A stretch of DNA of 64,000 nucleotides. Origin: Myxococcota bacterium. GTDB lineage: Bacteria; Myxococcota_A; UBA9160; UBA6930. Below, in pieces: positions 60,601 through 64,000 of the stretch (positions within the stretch are counted from its first letter, which is position 1; each line of letters starts with the position of its first letter). The stretch covers positions 5,256,757 through 5,320,756 of the forward strand of contig OZ245002.1 of NCBI GenBank assembly GCA_965223415.1, read 5' to 3'. A program made the translations under genes and the position numbers. The notes below the pieces were generated by a model. The model saw only the letters and a list, made by a program, of their open reading frames with translations. It ran no database searches and was not told the origin of the DNA.

Positions 60601-62091
60601 ATGAAGAGCAGCACCGTTCACCTTCACCGCCGCTTCCAGATCGGTCGCGTCGATCCGCGCATCTTCGGGGGCTTCCTCGAGCACATGGGTCGCGCGGTGT
60701 ACGAAGGGGTCTACGAGCCCGCGAGCCCCCACGCGGACGCGGAGGGCTGGCGAAGCGACGTGCTCGAGAGGCTCCGCGGCCTCGACCTGACGGTGATGCG
60801 CTACCCGGGCGGGAACTTCGTCTCCGGCTATCACTGGCAGGACGGGGTCGGCCCGCGCGAGGCGCGGCCCCGCCTCCGCGAGATGGCCTGGAACAGCATC
60901 GAGCCCAACCAGGTGGGAACGGACGAGTTCCTGGCCCTCGCCCGTCGCATGGGCTGGGAGCCGATGATGGCCGTCAACCTGGGAACAGGCTCGCCGGAGG
61001 AGGCACGCAACTGGGTCGAGTACTGCAACGCTCCCGCCGGCACCCGCTATGCGGACCTGCGGGTCGCCCACGGCCAGGAGAAGCCCTACGGCGTGAAGCT
61101 TTGGTGCCTCGGCAACGAGATGGACGGTCACTGGCAGATCGGCCACGTGCCCGCCGAAGAGTACGCGCTCCGCGCCCAGCAGGCGGCGAAGCTGATCAAG
61201 GACCTGGACCGATCGATCGAGCTCGTGGCCTGCGGCAGCTCTACGACCCTGCTGCCCAGCTACCTCGAGTGGGACCGGGTCGTCCTCGAGCGGCTGGGCG
61301 ATCACGCCGACTACCTGAGCCTCCACAACTACGTCGGCAACCGCACCGACACCATGGATTTCCTGGCCGTTACCGGTGCCATCGATCGCCAGATCGAAGG
61401 CGCCGACGCCCTGTGCCGCTTCGTCCAGACCCGGCGGCGCTCGCCGAAGCGCGCCCACCTCTCCTTCGACGAGTGGAACGTCTGGTACAAGACCTTCAGC
61501 GGCGAGCACATGAACGGCGCGGGCCGCCTGGCTCCGCCCCTGATCGAGGAACGTTACAACCTGGAGGACGCACTGGTCGTCGCCGGCTTCCTGCACAGCT
61601 TCGTCCGCCACGCCGACGTCCTGAAGATCGCGAACCTCGCCCAGATCGTGAACGTGATCGCGCCCATCCTGACGCGGACCGACGGCCTGCTCGTGCAGTC
61701 CATCTACTGGCCCTTCGCCCTGTTCTCGCGGCGACGCGACGGCATTTCGCTGGCCCCCTCGGTCGAGGGACCGACCTACGACTCCCCTTCCTACGGAACG
61801 ACGAGCCACGTCGACGCCAGCGCGATCCTGGCCGGGCCTCGCCTGCACGTCTTCGTGACGAACCGGGACGAGGAAGCCGCGGAGATCCGCGTTCGGCTCG
61901 CCGACGGCAAGGTCGGCGGGGTGATCGACGCCGAGATCGTCACGGCGTCCGATCCCAAGGCCGAGAACGACTGGGAGGCTCCCGACGTCGTGCGTGCGGA
62001 GCCCTTCGACGAGCACCATGTCCAGGGGGACGACGCGGTCCTGCGCCTGCCGCCGATGTCCTTCGCTGCGGTCAGCCTTCGCCTCGCGTAG
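60601..62091 (+). CDS. abfA: Alpha-L-arabinofuranosidase, GH51
   Basis: The ATG at 60601 lies in listed ORF 60445..62091. IFGGFLEHMGRAVYEGVYEP...MRYPGGNFVSGYHWQDG...KLWCLGNEMDGHWQIGH carries the catalytic acid/base NE motif. ...LSFDEWNVWY is also present. Confidence 0.9.
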   Translation: MKSSTVHLHRRFQIGRVDPRIFGGFLEHMGRAVYEGVYEPASPHADAEGWRSDVLERLRGLDLTVMRYPGGNFVSGYHWQDGVGPREARPRLREMAWNSIEPNQVGTDEFLALARRMGWEPMMAVNLGTGSPEEARNWVEYCNAPAGTRYADLRVAHGQEKPYGVKLWCLGNEMDGHWQIGHVPAEEYALRAQQAAKLIKDLDRSIELVACGSSTTLLPSYLEWDRVVLERLGDHADYLSLHNYVGNRTDTMDFLAVTGAIDRQIEGADALCRFVQTRRRSPKRAHLSFDEWNVWYKTFSGEHMNGAGRLAPPLIEERYNLEDALVVAGFLHSFVRHADVLKIANLAQIVNVIAPILTRTDGLLVQSIYWPFALFSRRRDGISLAPSVEGPTYDSPSYGTTSHVDASAILAGPRLHVFVTNRDEEAAEIRVRLADGKVGGVIDAEIVTASDPKAENDWEAPDVVRAEPFDEHHVQGDDAVLRLPPMSFAAVSLRLA

Positions 62092-62104
62092 GCGGACCCG
62101 CCGC

Positions 62105-63280
62105 CTAGCCGATCGCTCCGTCCTCGCGAAGCCGGGCGATCTCCTCCGCCGCGTAGCCCAGGCGCCCCAGCACGGCGTCCGTGTGCTCGCCGTGTCCGGG
62201 GCTGTGAGCCGCCGGAGTGAGCTGCTGCCCGGCGAAGCGGGCCGGCGGACGCACCCGGCGCAGCTGACCCATGCGGGGATGGCGAGCGGTGTCGACCGTG
62301 CGATTGGCTTCCACCTGGGGGTGCGCCAGGGCTTCATCGCGGGACAGGCACTTGGCACAAGGGACATCGTTCGCGCGGAGGCGCTCGAGGATCGTGTCCG
62401 TGTCGAAGGCGGCGAACGCCGCCTTGAGCTCCGCACGGTAGGCCTCCACGTTCGCCTGGAGCGCGGCCAGGCTGGCGAAGCGCGGATCGGTGGCCAGGTC
62501 CTCGCGACCGATCGCCCGGTACACCCCGTCCCGTTGCTTCGGAGCGGCCGCCGACACCGTGATCGCACCGTCCCGGGTCTCGGTGAGCTCGTAGAGGAGA
62601 TCCGCCAGCAGAGGCTGCCGCACGACGTCCTCGTCGAGCAGGGTGTGGTTCATGTAGCCGTCGGGGAAGACGAAGTAGAGGCCCGCGTCGAGCATCGAGA
62701 GGTCGATGTGCTGGCCGTGGCCGGTGCGCTCGCGCTGGAAGAGCGCTGCGGTGAGCGCCTGGCACGCGGTGTAGGCGGTGATCTTGTCGCAGACCAGGTT
62801 GCGCACGAAGGCGGGGCGTTCGGTCCCCTGCACGTCCGCCATGCCGGCCTGGGCCTGGACGATCGGGTCGTAGGCCGGCTCCCCCTTCATCGGCCCCTCG
62901 GTTCCGAAGCCCGAGATGGCCAGGTAGACCAGCCGCGGGTTCCGGGCCCGGAGTGTCTCGCTGCCGAGCCCCAGCTGGTCCATCACCCCCGGCCGGTAGT
63001 TGTGGATCAGGACGTCCGCCTCGGCGGCCAGCCGCTCCGCGATCTCGCGCCCCGCTGGCGACTTCAGCTCCAGGCGGATGGACTGCTTGCCCCGGTTGCA
63101 GTTCGCGAAGAGGCCCGAATCGCCCCCTTTCGACGAGCCGATGGCGCGCATCGGGTCGCCGGCGGCCACGGGCTCGATCTTCGTCACGACAGCCCCCTGC
63201 TCGGCCGCCATCATGGACGCCAGGGACGCGGTGATCATGGTGGAGAGCTCGACGATGCGGACGTTCTCGAGGGGGCGCAC
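62105..63280 (-). CDS. Family III CoA-transferase (CaiB/BaiF)
   Basis: MRPLENVRIVELSTMITASLASMM...ADVLIHNYRPGVMDQLGLG...RLVYLAISGFG is present. The start codon is the GTG at 63280. Confidence 0.9.
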   Translation of the reverse strand: MRPLENVRIVELSTMITASLASMMAAEQGAVVTKIEPVAAGDPMRAIGSSKGGDSGLFANCNRGKQSIRLELKSPAGREIAERLAAEADVLIHNYRPGVMDQLGLGSETLRARNPRLVYLAISGFGTEGPMKGEPAYDPIVQAQAGMADVQGTERPAFVRNLVCDKITAYTACQALTAALFQRERTGHGQHIDLSMLDAGLYFVFPDGYMNHTLLDEDVVRQPLLADLLYELTETRDGAITVSAAAPKQRDGVYRAIGREDLATDPRFASLAALQANVEAYRAELKAAFAAFDTDTILERLRANDVPCAKCLSRDEALAHPQVEANRTVDTARHPRMGQLRRVRPPARFAGQQLTPAAHSPGHGEHTDAVLGRLGYAAEEIARLREDGAIG

Positions 63281-63310
63281 GGGAAACCTCCGGGATGGGG
63301 AGCGGAAATG

Positions 63311-63329
63311 ATGGCACTCCCTATGCCAT
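63311..63329. promoter_or_regulatory. Inverted repeat ATGGCA-N7-TGCCAT in the divergent CaiB / acyl-CoA dehydrogenase intergenic region (candidate operator)
   Basis: These are perfect 6-bp half-sites in a locally AT-richer stretch. They lie 31 nt upstream of the CaiB start and about 110 nt upstream of the ACAD start. The repeat is short enough to arise by chance. Confidence 0.25.
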
Positions 63330-63439
63330 GACTCTACCCTCCTCCTCCCGCCGATGACCTCAGACCGGTCTCCGAGGAGATCGGCCCCTGGGCTAGGGTG
63401 GCCCCGCTCACCCGGCCAGAGCCAAGGAGGAAGCCTTCC

Positions 63440-64000
63440 ATGTCCGGTCTCCAGACCACGCCGGAGATGTTCGACCTGCGGATGTCCGAAGGGGCCCGCC
63501 CCCTCTACGAGAAGGTCACGGCCTTCGTCCGGGAGGAGGTGGAGCCGATCACCGCCGAGTTCTACCAGCTCGGCGAGGGCCGCACGGATCCCTGGTCCTG
63601 GGCGCCGGGCCAGCTCGAGCTGCTCGACAGCGTGAAGGCCAAGGCCAAGGCGAACGATCTCTGGAACTTCTTCCTGCCCGACGCCGAATCCGGCGAGGGC
63701 CTGGCCAACCTCGACTACGCCTACATCGCGGCCGAGCTCGGCAAGAACCCGCTGGCCTCCGAATGCCTCAACTGCTCGGCCCCGGACACGGGGAACATGG
63801 AGGTGCTGGAGCGCGTCGGCACGCCAGAGCAGAAGGAGCGCTGGCTGAACCCGCTGCTCGCGGGTGAGATCCGCTCCGCCTACGCGATGACCGAGCCGGA
63901 CCTGGCCTCGTCGGACGCGAAGAACATCTCCTGCGAAGCGGTCCTCGTCGGCGACGAGTGGGTGATCAACGGCGAGAAGTACTACATCTCCGGCGCCGGC
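63440..64000 (+). CDS. Acyl-CoA dehydrogenase (ACAD10/11- or FadE-like), N-terminal part; the 3' end lies outside the window
   Basis: The ATG at 63440 is preceded by AAGGAGG, and the frame stays open to the window end, so it is absent from the ORF track. My translation is MSGLQTTPEMFDLRMSEGARPLYEKVTAFVREEVEP...CSAPDTGNMEVLERVGTPEQKERWLNPLLAGEIRSAYAMTEPDLASSDAKNI...INGEKYYISGAG. Confidence 0.88.
   Translation, partial: MSGLQTTPEMFDLRMSEGARPLYEKVTAFVREEVEPITAEFYQLGEGRTDPWSWAPGQLELLDSVKAKAKANDLWNFFLPDAESGEGLANLDYAYIAAELGKNPLASECLNCSAPDTGNMEVLERVGTPEQKERWLNPLLAGEIRSAYAMTEPDLASSDAKNISCEAVLVGDEWVINGEKYYISGAG

Overview
This is a 64-kb stretch of a very GC-rich bacterial chromosome. Third codon positions are almost all G/C, so long spurious ORFs appear on both strands and most of the six-frame track is artefact. 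I support about 60 protein genes, 2 tRNAs (Arg-CCG, Val-CAC), one intact IS5-family insertion sequence, and several repeats and hairpins. There is no rRNA and no CRISPR array.

The gene content looks Gram-negative: BamE-like lipoproteins, RseP, and lipobox signals. The synteny ilvC-psd-pssA-leuA-leuB-usg-truA resembles delta-proteobacterial, myxobacterial or Binatota-like lineages; that assignment is inference only.

Layout:
- 1-13.2 kb is accessory-looking and bracketed by the two tRNAs. It holds a CoA-transferase fragment, a tandem-TetR regulator, a 1149-aa secreted multidomain Zn protease, two BamE-like lipoproteins, a CNNM/CorC transporter, a reprolysin-like protease pair, a MopE-motif protein, a poly-His lipoprotein and a ThDP enzyme.
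- 13.2-43.7 kb is a minus-strand housekeeping backbone of tightly coupled operons: pyrG, argC, rpsI-rplM, truA-usg-leuBA-pssA-psd-ilvC, tsaB-rseP-dxr-uppS-frr-pyrH-tsf-rpsB, argJ-secA-FHA-recN-nadK, a VWA pair, and rarA.
- 43.7-64 kb is a catabolic/accessory block: a VOC protein, two K+ channels, an HCCA-isomerase-like protein, a P450, a nitrobindin-like protein, the IS, an LLM oxidoreductase, an enoyl-CoA hydratase, an aco-type dehydrogenase operon with an upstream Baeyer-Villiger monooxygenase, GH51 arabinofuranosidase, CaiB, and an acyl-CoA dehydrogenase.

The items most worth a second look:
- a divergent four-gene secreted module (split Zn-protease pair, MopE-motif protein, poly-His lipoprotein);
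- a perfect 73-nt nested palindrome at the argJ stop codon;
- two short bridging uORFs created by duplicating the start regions of leuA and argJ;
- a strongly coding-looking about 98-codon ORF that runs into the P450 gene with no stop codon;
- an unexplained 560-bp non-coding tract beside tRNA-Val.

I could not run any searches, so all family calls rest on motifs I recognise by eye.
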